NCBI GenBank assembly: GCA_963804955.1
Contig: CAWDSQ010000025.1
Coordinates: 20,497 to 84,496 of the forward strand
Direction of reading: 5' to 3'
From: an uncultured delta proteobacterium
GTDB lineage: Bacteria; Desulfobacterota; WTBG01; CAIYCZ01; CAIRTM01
Length of the DNA stretch: 64,000 bases
In this document: piece after piece, positions 18,161 to 29,090 of the stretch
Layout of the letters: every line of letters starts with the position of its first letter
How positions within the stretch are numbered: the first letter of the stretch is position 1
Notes under the pieces: generated by a model
The model's input: the letters and a program-made list of their open reading frames with translations, nothing else
What the model was told of the DNA's origin: nothing
The model's database searches: none
Translations under genes and position numbers: made by a program

Positions 18161-20068
18161 CTACGGCGTACAAACCTCCTCGCATGCAGGCTGTCCATCG
18201 CCCCCGCAGCCGGGGTCTGCGTCGCACACATCCCCTGTGCCGTCGCTGTCTGCATCCATCTGAAACCTGTTGCACATGGCCGGGCAGTTGTCAGAACTGT
18301 CGGGAAAGTTGTCTCCGTCCCCATCTGTCTGCCCCTCGCACAATCCCTGGCCGCATCCTCCTCCGCAGCCGGGTGTCGGGTCGCACACATCTCCTATGCC
18401 ATCAGTATCGGCATCAAGTTGCCGGGAGTTGGCATTGTTTGGGCAATTATCAAAGTAATCCAAAATACCGTCACCATCCGTATCGCATGACTGCTCACAG
18501 GCCGGCTGTCCCTCTGCCCCGCACCCCGGGTCTGCGTCGCACACATCGCCTGTGCCGTCAGTGTCAGCGTCAAGCTGCTCAAGATTGCAGACGGCAGGGC
18601 AATTATCAACTGCATCCCGCACATAGTCGCCATCCGTATCCACCTGCCCCTCACATACCTGCTGGCCGCAGCCCGAGCCGCAGCCGGGTGTTGTGTCGCA
18701 CACATCGCCTACGCCGTCAGTGTCGGCGTCAAGTTGCAGGGGGTTGGCAATGGCCGGGCAGTTGTCAATGGCATCAGCAATGCCGTCGCCGTCTGTATCT
18801 GCTGCAAAGTCTGCCGTTATTGAGACAGCGCCGCTTACGGTTATCGTGCAGTCAGCCGTACCAGAGCAACTCCCGCCGCTCCAGCCGGTAAAGGTTGAAC
18901 CACTATTCGCGGCAGCGTGCAGCGTCACCTGTGTGCCGATAGCATAACTCTCCGTGCAATCGCTCCCGCAGTTAATCATGCCGTCGGCGCTGGTCACTGT
19001 TCCTGCTTTGGTCCCGGATTTGGAAATGGTTAAATCACCAAATGGCCCGCGTACAGCGCGGGTAAGGCTTGTGTTGCTCACACCCCCAGCGCCTGTCCCA
19101 CCGTCAGAAAACGATACGTTACGAGCGGAAGTAGCACTGTATGCAATAGACGTCCAGTAGTAATGTGCCACCGTATTAGGGAAATAGGTAATATTTATGG
19201 ACGGGAGGAACCGGCCATAATTAACGATTGATAGCAGCTCTTTATCGGTTGGCAAGCGCCAGTCTGAGAACCCTCCGTAATTGGAGATATTAAGATCAGT
19301 GATGAAATCTAAAGTATCCGTACCACTGGCCGGTGTGCCGGTTATGCCGTCATACCAGGTATACGTATTGTCTGCATCGTTGGGATCAGTGTAATTTTTC
19401 ACATTGTCCATAGAATGCTTTTCTTCCCAGACAAGGCCTGTAACCTCGTCACTGACCATAGCCCACATTGTTGCATCGACAGGTAGTGGATTGCCGCCTA
19501 CAGCAAGCTTGGCAAAGGATGGCTGGTTGATAGTATAGTCGTGGTCTTCACCAAACGTGTTTGTATAGCTCTGGGTTTGACCGGTATCAGGCATAGGCCA
19601 GCGTGTCAAATAAGAAAATGACCCAGCTTGTCCCCAACGAACCGCGCGAACACGACAGCCCAGCTCTTTATACTCTCTGGTCACACCTCCTGTGGAAAAA
19701 CCCATAGCAAACGATGCGTCATTTTCGATGAGAACAGTTGTAGACGACCAGTACATGTAGTTCAGCGTATCGGGAAAAAACGTGGTGTTTATTGCAGGAT
19801 TGTTCCGGGTGATGTCGACAAGCGAGCCTAACTCTTTTGGCGTGGGCAGGCGCCAGTCAGTGTAGCCGGCAAGCTCAAGACTTTCGCAATAGGCAAGGGC
19901 CTGCTCCCAAGTATAAGTACCCGGCGCCGTTACCTGCTGCCACATGAGGCCCGTATCGGTGTCGGTTACAGTTCCGTCGCCATTGTCTATGTAGGCCGCA
20001 AAGGCCGATGAGCATAGAAATAGACAGCCAACTACTGACAGCAACAAAATGGATTTTCTGAAATGCAT
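18161..20068 (-). CDS. Secreted protein: two DUF1566/Lcl domains, InlB B-repeat-like domain, thrombospondin type-3 repeats
   Basis: [32 protein letters not shown] (twice); GS.FTGWSGG.CSGT..C; TSP3 repeats. Confidence 0.9.
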   Translation of the reverse strand: MHFRKSILLLSVVGCLFLCSSAFAAYIDNGDGTVTDTDTGLMWQQVTAPGTYTWEQALAYCESLELAGYTDWRLPTPKELGSLVDITRNNPAINTTFFPDTLNYMYWSSTTVLIENDASFAMGFSTGGVTREYKELGCRVRAVRWGQAGSFSYLTRWPMPDTGQTQSYTNTFGEDHDYTINQPSFAKLAVGGNPLPVDATMWAMVSDEVTGLVWEEKHSMDNVKNYTDPNDADNTYTWYDGITGTPASGTDTLDFITDLNISNYGGFSDWRLPTDKELLSIVNYGRFLPSINITYFPNTVAHYYWTSIAYSATSARNVSFSDGGTGAGGVSNTSLTRAVRGPFGDLTISKSGTKAGTVTSADGMINCGSDCTESYAIGTQVTLHAAANSGSTFTGWSGGSCSGTADCTITVSGAVSITADFAADTDGDGIADAIDNCPAIANPLQLDADTDGVGDVCDTTPGCGSGCGQQVCEGQVDTDGDYVRDAVDNCPAVCNLEQLDADTDGTGDVCDADPGCGAEGQPACEQSCDTDGDGILDYFDNCPNNANSRQLDADTDGIGDVCDPTPGCGGGCGQGLCEGQTDGDGDNFPDSSDNCPAMCNRFQMDADSDGTGDVCDADPGCGGDGQPACEEVCTP

Positions 20069-20234
20069 ATGCCCCTCCTTTTAATTGTGATTGGTTACTA
20101 AAAAAATTTTAAAAATTTCTTCATGATCTGCTCAACAAATCCCCCTAACCCCCTTTGCTAAAGGAGGAATCTTTTTCCTACCTTCTTCATATGATGCTGT
20201 ATCTGGTCAGATTACCGCATATGTGCCGGCCTAC

Positions 20235-20267
20235 AAAAAAGGCCTGTCCTTGAATTAAGGACAGGCC
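20235..20267 (-). terminator. Intrinsic terminator forming the riboswitch expression platform
   Basis: Minus strand GGCCTGTCCTT-AATTC-AAGGACAGGCC followed by TTTTTT. Confidence 0.85.
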
Positions 20268-20287
20268 TGCCATGAGCCAATAAAATC

Positions 20288-20373
20288 CAAACCGGCAGTT
20301 CCTCTGTCCAAACTTTACAGGACCGGTGACTTTGCGCTCTACCCGTGAGGCGTAGATTGCTCTTTTCGGTTCG
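20288..20373 (-). promoter_or_regulatory. GEMM-I cyclic dinucleotide riboswitch aptamer, A20 (c-AMP-GMP-like) variant
   Basis: CGAACCG-AAAAGAGCAA-TCTACGCCTCACGGGTAGA-GCGCAAAGTCACCGGTCC...GGACAGAGGAACTGC-CGGTTTG aligns with the c-di-GMP-I architecture (P1, P2, CGCAAAG, P3, terminal C). Confidence 0.8.
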
Positions 20374-20648
20374 CTATGAAATTGACTATCGCCTGCTTTT
20401 TTATTTATTGCAATAAAATAAATAGGGTTGTAAACAAATATATATTTGTGTCATTAATATTTTATTTTTTTAACTTCTGTATCTCAAACACGATCCCAGG
20501 GATGCCTGTAACTAGAAGAATGCTCATGGGTTTCAAGACAAATGCCTGATAAGGATCGGCCGAGGGGAAAAGTTCCCATATCCAGGCCATACCAGCGCAT
20601 ACGGCAAAGGCCCGTAACCAATGACGATTACGGGCCTTTGCATAAACA

Positions 20649-20733
20649 TGGTGCCGAAGGAGGGACTCGAACCCTCACGGATCTCTCCGCCACCCCCTCA
20701 AGATGGTGTGTCTACCAATTCCACCACTTCGGC
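20649..20733 (-). tRNA. tRNA-Leu (GAG)
   Basis: GCCGAAGTGGTGGAATTGGTAGAC...CCATC-TTGAGGG-GGTGG...GGTTCGAGTCCC...TTCGGCACCA; follows secG; terminator hairpin at about 20603-20641. Confidence 0.96.
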
Positions 20734-20765
20734 ACGGGGGTTATTTTATACAATGAGCAGTACAG

Positions 20766-21104
20766 CTACTCGGCAGGGGGCTTTTCCAGGGGCTGCGTGC
20801 CGCCGGGCGCCTGAGCAGGAGCGCTTTGAGCCGGCTGTTCAGTCTTTTGAACATTCTTCACCAGAGAGCCTGCCGAGGGGTTGGCCGATATATAGGCCAG
20901 CGAAAGCGATGTAACCATAAAGATGACTGCTGCGGCCGTGGTGATTTTGCCCAGAAGAGGGGCAGGCCCGGCGCCGCCAAACAGCGTCTGTGTTGCGCCG
21001 CCGAATGCTGCGCCCATATCCGCTCCCTTGCCTGTCTGCAGAAGCACGATCAGGATCAGCGAGATCGATGCGACAACATGCACAAGAATCAATAATGCAT
21101 ACAT
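20766..21104 (-). CDS. secG: Preprotein translocase subunit SecG
   Basis: IVLLQTGKGADMGAAFGG motif; tpiA-secG-tRNA-Leu synteny. Confidence 0.95.
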   Translation of the reverse strand: MYALLILVHVVASISLILIVLLQTGKGADMGAAFGGATQTLFGGAGPAPLLGKITTAAAVIFMVTSLSLAYISANPSAGSLVKNVQKTEQPAQSAPAQAPGGTQPLEKPPAE

Positions 21105-21214
21105 ACCGTGGTATCCTTACTGGCTATAAAAAACAACTATCGAAATTCGATAAGTTATAAATGTTACCGCACTTTAAAAAAAATGGCAATGCTTATTTTT
21201 ATGCAATCAGTTCG

Positions 21215-21971
21215 TTACCTGCTGAATTTTACAATCCGGGCAAACGAATCAGCCTTCAGGCTTGCACCGCCGACAAGGGCGCCGTCAATGTCCTCCTGCC
21301 CCATGAGCTCATCGACATTGTCGGCCTTGACGCTGCCGCCGTAGAGAATGCGCAGGCCCACGGCCACCTGAGTGCCGGCAAGGGCTGCAATCAAAGACCG
21401 GATAGACTTATGCACCTCTTCGGCCTGGGCCGGCGATGCCGTCTTGCCCGTGCCGATTGCCCAGACCGGCTCATAGGCGATGATGATTTTAGCTATATCA
21501 TCAGAAGGCAGTTCCGCAAGGCCGCCCTTGATCTGTTTGGCTAACGACCTGCATGGTTTTGCCTGCCTCGCGCTCCTCAAGAAGCTCCCCGACGCACATA
21601 ATTGGGGTAAGCCCCGCCTTCAGCGCTGCCTTCACTTTCCTGTTGACCGTTTCATCGGTTTCGCCGAAATACTGCCGCCGCTCGGAGTGCCCGATAATGG
21701 CATAGGCGCATCCTGCTTCTTTGAGCAGGGAGGGGGCCACCTCGCCGGTAAAGGCGCCGCTCTCTTCCCAGTAAACATCCTGGGATGAAACGGCAATATT
21801 AGAGCCTTTCAGCTCTTCTGCAACAGCATGAATGGCTGTAAAGACCGGCGCAACAACAATCTCAACGCCCTGAGCATCAGCCACCAGCGCCTTCAAATCG
21901 CGCACCAGCGCAAGGGCTTCAGCCACGGTATTGAACAGTTTCCAGTTGCCGGCAATGACCGGTGTTCTCAT
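21215..21971 (-). CDS. tpiA: Triosephosphate isomerase (frameshift near 21535)
   Basis: [13 protein letters not shown] and [11 protein letters not shown] split over two frames. Confidence 0.93.
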
Positions 21972-22075
21972 ATCGCTACTCCTTTTCACAAAAGGTTGTC
22001 TTCAGTATACGTAAAAGAAGCGGGGCAGCCCTTTGACAGGACGTTCCGCTTCCGCCCTCACATTCACACACAATC

Positions 22076-22231
22076 TAGTGGCTGAACGAAAACCCTGAAC
22101 CATGGATTTGTTGGGTTCGCCCTTATGCCCGTACGTCTTCGTAAACATTTGTTTTGCGTAGGTTGGGTTGAGGCACGAAACCCAACAATGTTTTCCGGGC
22201 TTAACCCAACCTACATTTCGTTCAGGCAGTA
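22076..22231. mobile_element. TA-flanked MITE-like element enclosing a GTAG REP doublet
   Basis: Ends TAGTGGCTGAACGAAA and TTTCGTTCAGGCAGTA are imperfect inverted repeats; same TIR type as 43567-43710. Confidence 0.6.
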
Positions 22232-22232
22232 C

Positions 22233-23418
22233 CTATCTGTCCAGCGCCTTGATGCCGGGAAGAACCTTGCCCTCCAGCAGTTCCATGAAAGCGCCGCCGG
22301 CAGTTGAGACAAAGGTGACCTTGTCCTGATTGCCGGACTTTTTCAGCGCCGAAACCGAATCACCGCCGCCCACAATGCTCATAACAGGGGCATTGGCGAT
22401 GCAGTCGGCAATGGCAAAGGTGCCGCTGCTGAACTCGGGGAGTTCAAACACGCCCATGGGGCCGTTCCAGACAACGGTTTTTGACCCTCGAATGGCATCG
22501 CTGAACACCTTGACTGTTTCGGGCCCGATATCAAGCCCCTTCCAGCCCTTGGGGATGTCGTTGACTGAAACGGTTTTCGTGGTAACCCCTGCCTTCAATT
22601 CTTCGGCGATGACGCAGTCGGTCGGAAGCAGCAGGGCCACATTTTTCGCCTGCGCCTTTTCCATGACCGTTTTGGCCGTCTCGATGAGATCTGCCTCCAC
22701 AAGGGAGTCGCCGACTTCCTTTGCCCTGCGCCTTCAAAAACGTGAAGGCCATGCCGCCGCCGATGAGCAGGCGGTCGACCTTGCCGATAATATTTTCGAG
22801 CATCTCCAGTTTGCCCGACACCTTGGCCCCGCCGATAACAGCCGTCAGGGGCCGCTCCGGGTTCAGCATTGCCTTCTCAAAGCTCGTGATCTCCTTCTTC
22901 ATGAGAAAGCCGCCTGCAACCACGGGCACAAAATGCGTGATGGCCTCCACCGAGGCATGGGCGCGGTGCGACACGGCAAATGCGTCGTTGACGTATATCT
23001 CGGCGCCCGAGGCCAGCTTGCGTGCAAAATCCTCGTCGTTTTTTTCTTCCTGGGCGTAAAATCGCAGATTCTCCAGCAGCAGCACCTCACCGGGCTTTAA
23101 GGCCTGCGCCCGTGCTGCAGCTTCATCGCTTATGCAGTCGTCGACAAACTGAACCTGCGGGCCGAGCAGCTCGCCAAGGCGCCGGGCAACAGGCAGCAGG
23201 CTCATCTCCTTGACGACCTTCGCCTTCGGCCTGCCAAGATGGGAGGCCACGATAATCGCTCCGCCCTTGTCAAGAATATATGTGCAGGTCGGCACTGTTT
23301 CCGTGATGCGGTTGTCATCGGTGATGTTCTGTTTATCATCAAGGGGCACATTGAAGTCCGCCCGGATGAAAACCCGCTTGCCCTTCACATCAATACCGTC
23401 AATGTATTTGATAGCCAT
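22233..23418 (-). CDS. pgk: Phosphoglycerate kinase (frameshift near 22720)
   Basis: RADFNVP, SHLGRP, LLENLRF, GGAKVS, VWNGPMGVFE, GGGDS. Confidence 0.95.
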
Positions 23419-23570
23419 GCTCATGCCCTCGCACAATACGTGTCGTAAAAACTGCCTGCGTTAAATGAAACCCGCCTTTTCATTCCAGCTAGGTAAGCGG
23501 GGATAAAAAGGCAGGCTTCTGATTCAATCGATTTACTGCACCGGGATGCCCGCCCTTCAGGCGGCGGGCA

Positions 23571-24612
<1,042 letters not shown>

Positions 24613-24728
24613 TCACTGCTACCCTTGTAAAAAGCACTTCCCCCTTGCTTTTCTCAGCTCTCTTTTATACAACTAAAAACCGGTGAAACTTTAAAGATTA
24701 AATTAAACATAAACACAAGGCTTTTTCA

Positions 24729-25514
24729 ATGAAAAAAACCGACCAGCTCTTTATCGACATGATCGCTATCATCCGCAGGCTGCGCGGCCCCGGCGGCTGC
24801 CCCTGGGACCAGAAGCAGACCCCGCAGGACGTGAAGGCCTATCTGATCGAGGAGCTCTATGAACTGCTGGAGGGCATCGATGCCGATGATCCCGCGCTTT
24901 TACAGGAAGAGGTGGGCGACATACTGTTCATGATAGCGTTTCTGGTGAACCTGTATGAAGAAAAAAATGTTTTCACCATGGCAGATGCCCTTGAGCAGGT
25001 GACGGCCAAAATGGTGCACCGGCATCCCCATGTCTTTGGCGACACACAGGTGCGCTCGGCCGATGACGTGAAGGCAAACTGGCAGATCCTCAAGGAAAAA
25101 GAAGGCAAAAAGCCCAAAGCATCGCATCTTGACGGCATTCCCGCCAATCTGCCAGGCCTGTCACGCAGCTGGTTTCTAACGGCAAAAGCGGCTGAGGTCG
25201 GGTTTGACTGGGCAGGGCCCCGCGACGTGCTGCGCAAGGTGCGAGAGGAAATCGATGAACTTGAGGCGGAAATCGAGCGGGGCGATACAGCCCGGGCTGC
25301 TGCCGAAACAGGCGACCTGCTCTTCAGCATTGTCAACCTTGCCCGGCATCTGCGCATCGAACCCGAACAGGCCCTGCGCGCCACCAATGACCGGTTTATG
25401 CGCCGCTTTGCCTATATCGAACAGGCTTTGCTGAAACAGGGCAAAAGCATAAAAGAGTCGACGCTTGAGGAAATGGACCTTTTGTGGGAGGAAGCCAAGC
25501 GAAGCAATGTGTAA
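24729..25514 (+). CDS. mazG: Nucleoside triphosphate pyrophosphohydrolase MazG
   Basis: LR...GCPWD..QT, EE.GD, RHPHVFG, GFDW; two MazG domains. Confidence 0.93.
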   Translation: MKKTDQLFIDMIAIIRRLRGPGGCPWDQKQTPQDVKAYLIEELYELLEGIDADDPALLQEEVGDILFMIAFLVNLYEEKNVFTMADALEQVTAKMVHRHPHVFGDTQVRSADDVKANWQILKEKEGKKPKASHLDGIPANLPGLSRSWFLTAKAAEVGFDWAGPRDVLRKVREEIDELEAEIERGDTARAAAETGDLLFSIVNLARHLRIEPEQALRATNDRFMRRFAYIEQALLKQGKSIKESTLEEMDLLWEEAKRSNV

Positions 25515-26325
25515 TAACGGCATCAGGGCCTGCCGCGGGTTCTAATAGAAGCCCCGGGGCAGGCACGGGGATTGGAAAATCCTGACAAGCGGTCTCAGGG
25601 CGCGGTTTTTTGAGTTCTTTTGTTCTTTGGGTTCTTTGAGTTTTGAAGTTTTTTTCCGACGGGGCCGGCTCGGCTCCGGTCGCGGTTTTATCATTGCTCA
25701 GCCGCTTGCGGTCGAGCCGCTGCTGGCGCAGCTTCTTAAGTATTTCCATGACCTGCTGGCGATTCTGCTGCACAGACTGCTGGCTTTTCTCCTGCATGCG
25801 CAGGAGCTGCTTTTCGGCGTCAGAAAGAATATTCCACTCGGAAAAAAGCTTTTCCTTCTCTTCAGCCGTCAGGCGCTGCAAGACGTCGTAATTTTCAAAA
25901 AACTTCTCCTGGTCCTGAGGACGCATCTTTTTGAGCATATCATAGCGTTTGCTGAGCAAATTGCGCTGGTCAGGGCTCATTTTTTTCCACTGTTTGTAGC
26001 GGTCACGCACCACCTTGCGCTGCAACTCATCCATGCTCTTGAAGCGGTTATAATTTTCCATGATTTTATGCTGCTGCTGCATGGGAAAAGACTTGAATTT
26101 CTTATAATTATCAAGAACGCGCTGGCGGTCTTCCTGGCTCATCTGCTTCCAGGCATTGAGCGACCCGCGAAGCTGGTCCCGCTCCTGCCCGGAAAGAGCG
26201 CTCCAGTCGGCAAGACTGTCGCCGGAAACAGAGCCCTGCGCAAACGCCATGCGCCCCGAAACGCCCGTGCCGCAGATAAGCAGCACAAGCATCACCACTG
26301 GCAGCAAATAATATGTACGCACCAT
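25396..26325 (-). CDS. DUF3106-like exported basic helical-repeat protein (3' end uncertain, overlaps mazG)
   Basis: Repeats of W/F..LS/MS.EER..L..NY..WK..; signal peptide; last gene of the ECF operon. Confidence 0.7.
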   Translation of the reverse strand: MVRTYYLLPVVMLVLLICGTGVSGRMAFAQGSVSGDSLADWSALSGQERDQLRGSLNAWKQMSQEDRQRVLDNYKKFKSFPMQQQHKIMENYNRFKSMDELQRKVVRDRYKQWKKMSPDQRNLLSKRYDMLKKMRPQDQEKFFENYDVLQRLTAEEKEKLFSEWNILSDAEKQLLRMQEKSQQSVQQNRQQVMEILKKLRQQRLDRKRLSNDKTATGAEPAPSEKNFKTQRTQRTKELKKPRPETACQDFPIPVPAPGLLLEPAAGPDAVITHCFAWLPPTKGPFPQASTLLCFCPVSAKPVRYRQSGA

Positions 26326-26334
26326 AACGTCTTC

Positions 26335-26580
26335 CTACTCGTTTGCCGTTAAGACATCAAGGGTTTTAAGCATCTCAATGTCTTCATTGTCGAACAGCTT
26401 AAGGTTCTTGAGCATTTCCATATGCTGGATAATCTCTTTGTCCTCATCGGAAATCTGCTCGGTTTTTTTTTCTTCCTTCTGCTGCTCGGCGTCCTGCGGC
26501 CACGCAACCGCTTCCGGGCCCGCTGTCATCAGAAGTGCTGCGGCCCATGCCGCTCTGAAAAATACTCTACCCTGCTTCAC
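26335..26580 (-). CDS. Small exported acidic protein
   Basis: 81 aa with signal peptide; 4-nt overlap with the anti-sigma gene. Confidence 0.7.
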   Translation of the reverse strand: MKQGRVFFRAAWAAALLMTAGPEAVAWPQDAEQQKEEKKTEQISDEDKEIIQHMEMLKNLKLFDNEDIEMLKTLDVLTANE

Positions 26581-27089
26581 CCCTGCTCATCCTGCTCCAG
26601 CTCATCAAGCATCTGTATGAGCTCAAAATTTTCAAGCGCTTCGCTGTATTGAATGACATCCAGATTTGTATACAAATCAAGGTCTGCCGCGACCATGGCC
26701 TCCTGCTGCGGCAGGGCAGCATAGGGTGGACGCAGAAGGTACAGGGTCACAACAAAAACACCCAGGGCAAGCCCTGCCGACAAAGAAAGGCCTGCGGGCC
26801 GGGTAAAAAAAGCCTTGGCAGCAGATCGCAGCCGCTCCAGGCCGTAATGCTCTTCCGGCTCCTGGCGAACCCCGGCCAGCTTTGTCCAGAATATGCGGTC
26901 AAACTCCGCCGAGGGCTCTATCAGGGGAGGCTGCGGCAGTGCGTTCACCTGGCGAAGCCCGGCAACCACTGCGCTGCAGGAGCTGCAGGCCCGCACATGG
27001 CGTTCAACGCGCGCAGCTATGTCGGCCGGCAGTTCGCCGTCGACATAGGCAACCAGATCGTGCTGATGTTTCATGCATGAAATCTTCAT
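26577..27089 (-). CDS. Zinc-finger (zf-HC2) transmembrane anti-sigma factor
   Basis: AYVDGEL...HVRACSSC motif and one TM helix; follows the ECF sigma gene. Confidence 0.88.
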   Translation of the reverse strand: MKISCMKHQHDLVAYVDGELPADIAARVERHVRACSSCSAVVAGLRQVNALPQPPLIEPSAEFDRIFWTKLAGVRQEPEEHYGLERLRSAAKAFFTRPAGLSLSAGLALGVFVVTLYLLRPPYAALPQQEAMVAADLDLYTNLDVIQYSEALENFELIQMLDELEQDEQG

Positions 27090-27090
27090 A

Positions 27091-27708
27091 TCAGTTCACC
27101 ATGCCCCCTTTTTTCAGTATATCGCGCAGCGCCAGTTTCGATCGGTGAATAATTGACTTCACAGCCGCTTCCGAACACCCCAGCCGCTGCCCGATCTCGC
27201 GATAGGAAAGCTGGTCATAGACGCTCAAAATTAAAGCAAGCCTCTGTTTTTTCGGGAGTTTTTCAAGAGCATGCTGCACCTGCCGCTGCTGCTCGCTGGC
27301 AGCCATCTGCTCATCTGTTTTTACCTTTGAGCGCTCATCAACGGGGTCATACTGCATGGAGTCATTATGCTCATCAGGCCCCTTGAATTCTATTTCATAC
27401 TTATAACGGCCGGTGCGCAGTTCGTTCAGGCAGATATTTGTTGCGATACGGTATATCCAGGTCGAAAACATTGCTTCCGGCCGATACGATCCGGAACTCT
27501 TATATACCCGGAGAAACACCTCCTGGGTCAGTTCCTCTGCAATACGCCGATCCTGACAATAACGATAAATAAAATTGAGGAGCGGCCCCCGGTACTCTTC
27601 AAACAGCTTTCTAAATGCCCCTTCTTCGCCCCCCTGAAAGCGGAGCATCAACTGCACATTGGGGTCATTATGATGCTGTTTTTCTATATTTTCTAACACA
27701 GCGCCCAC
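27091..27708 (-). CDS. ECF-type RNA polymerase sigma factor
   Basis: AEELTQEVFLRVY, FSTWIYRIATN, SY.EIG..LG.S..AVKS.IHR. Confidence 0.93.
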   Translation of the reverse strand: MGAVLENIEKQHHNDPNVQLMLRFQGGEEGAFRKLFEEYRGPLLNFIYRYCQDRRIAEELTQEVFLRVYKSSGSYRPEAMFSTWIYRIATNICLNELRTGRYKYEIEFKGPDEHNDSMQYDPVDERSKVKTDEQMAASEQQRQVQHALEKLPKKQRLALILSVYDQLSYREIGQRLGCSEAAVKSIIHRSKLALRDILKKGGMVN

Positions 27709-27787
27709 TGAAAAGTTGTAAAAATCTCACGCAGCAACGTTTTTTTGAGAAAAGCTAATTCTATATAATTTATACAAAAAACTACAG

Positions 27788-29086
27788 CTAATTGCCAAAC
27801 AAATAACTGATGCCGAACAAAAACTCGGTTGACATATGCGTGCGGTAGCCGGTGAGGCGCTTAAAATAATTGCCCGGGCTGAATATATTTATTTCCGTAA
27901 AAAACTGAAGATTTTCATTTATGCTGTAGTAGCCCATACAGTCGGTTTCCCAGCCATAGACCCTGCCCTGCCCCCGGGGCCCGCGCTGCGTAAAAAGATA
28001 GGCTCCGATCAGCTTCAGCTCAAGGCGGTTATTGACACGCATGTCAAGGCTCAACCCGGGTGTTGCCACGCCCGCAAGCTGCATGCCCCCGATGCCGACA
28101 TGGTCGGAGGAATATTGGCTGTCAATGCCGCCGTTGAAAAATATATTGGTCTTGTCAATATAGGGATCAATAGCCGTAAAGGCGGTAAATGTGCCCTTGC
28201 GCGGGTTGCCGTCGCCGCTTGCCATGAAAAAAAAGGCTGTCATGGTGCAGCGGTCCGTCAGTACATAGTCTAAATTGACATCAAGCATATAGCCTTGTGT
28301 GCGCATGCTGCGCGAATCCGCCAGCAGGGATTTGCTGCGCAGCCGGGCAGAGCCGGTTTCATACAGAGCAGTTGTGCGCAAAAGGAAATTGCCGACAAAC
28401 TTTCGCAGCGACAGCCCGAACCACTGCGTCCGGCTCCTGCCTTTATAGAAGCTGCTGTAATCAAGAGAATTGTAAATCTGCGCCAGGCCGCTGTGGTTGT
28501 CCCGGTAATGGCCATAGATGATACTGCCGCTTTCAAGCAGCGAAAAGCAGTACCGCAGCTCGGCATGCACATAGGGGCAGCTCTGATCAACCCGGGTGAC
28601 AAGCGCTTCAAGCTTGAGGGGCAGATCAAAGCCCTTTTCCAGGTCGGCCCGCAGCCGCAGCGTCGGCGACTCGTCATCATAGATGAATCCCCCGGCCGTG
28701 CTCAGAGCCTGCTGCCCGACCGCCAGCGTGCTCCACCGGGCTCCCGGAATATATGCCTTCAGATACGCATTGCGCAAATCGATATCCTGGTCGGTATCGC
28801 TGTCATCCATCTCATAGGTGAACTGGCCCTCAGCCTCGACAACGGCCTGCAGGGAGGATCCGATCTGCAGGGTGGCCGCCGGCGCCACGTACAGCACATG
28901 CAGGCTGCGGTCCTGGTCAAAAGAACGGCTGCCGCTGTCATAAAAATCGTTCATGAAATGAAAGCGGTCATTGATAAAAAGCGAATAGCTGAGCCTGTCG
29001 GAGGAAAGAAGCTGGGCAAACCCCTGCCGGGGCAGGAAGCAGAGGAAGGCTGCAAGTATAAAAATCAGGCGATATGTGGTCTTCAT
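27788..29086 (-). CDS. Outer-membrane beta-barrel protein (alginate-export/porin-like)
   Basis: Signal peptide, ASGD.NP motif, G.E.D motif, C-terminal ISYLF strand. Confidence 0.6.
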   Translation of the reverse strand: MKTTYRLIFILAAFLCFLPRQGFAQLLSSDRLSYSLFINDRFHFMNDFYDSGSRSFDQDRSLHVLYVAPAATLQIGSSLQAVVEAEGQFTYEMDDSDTDQDIDLRNAYLKAYIPGARWSTLAVGQQALSTAGGFIYDDESPTLRLRADLEKGFDLPLKLEALVTRVDQSCPYVHAELRYCFSLLESGSIIYGHYRDNHSGLAQIYNSLDYSSFYKGRSRTQWFGLSLRKFVGNFLLRTTALYETGSARLRSKSLLADSRSMRTQGYMLDVNLDYVLTDRCTMTAFFFMASGDGNPRKGTFTAFTAIDPYIDKTNIFFNGGIDSQYSSDHVGIGGMQLAGVATPGLSLDMRVNNRLELKLIGAYLFTQRGPRGQGRVYGWETDCMGYYSINENLQFFTEINIFSPGNYFKRLTGYRTHMSTEFLFGISYLFGN

Positions 29087-29090
29087 GAAA

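Noticed and set aside
16028..20068. Diversity-generating retroelement targeting the DUF1566/Lcl domains
   Set aside because: No reverse transcriptase or Avd gene and no template repeat differing only at adenines is visible; the duplicated block is the TSP3 tail, not the lectin variable region. A remote DGR cannot be excluded.
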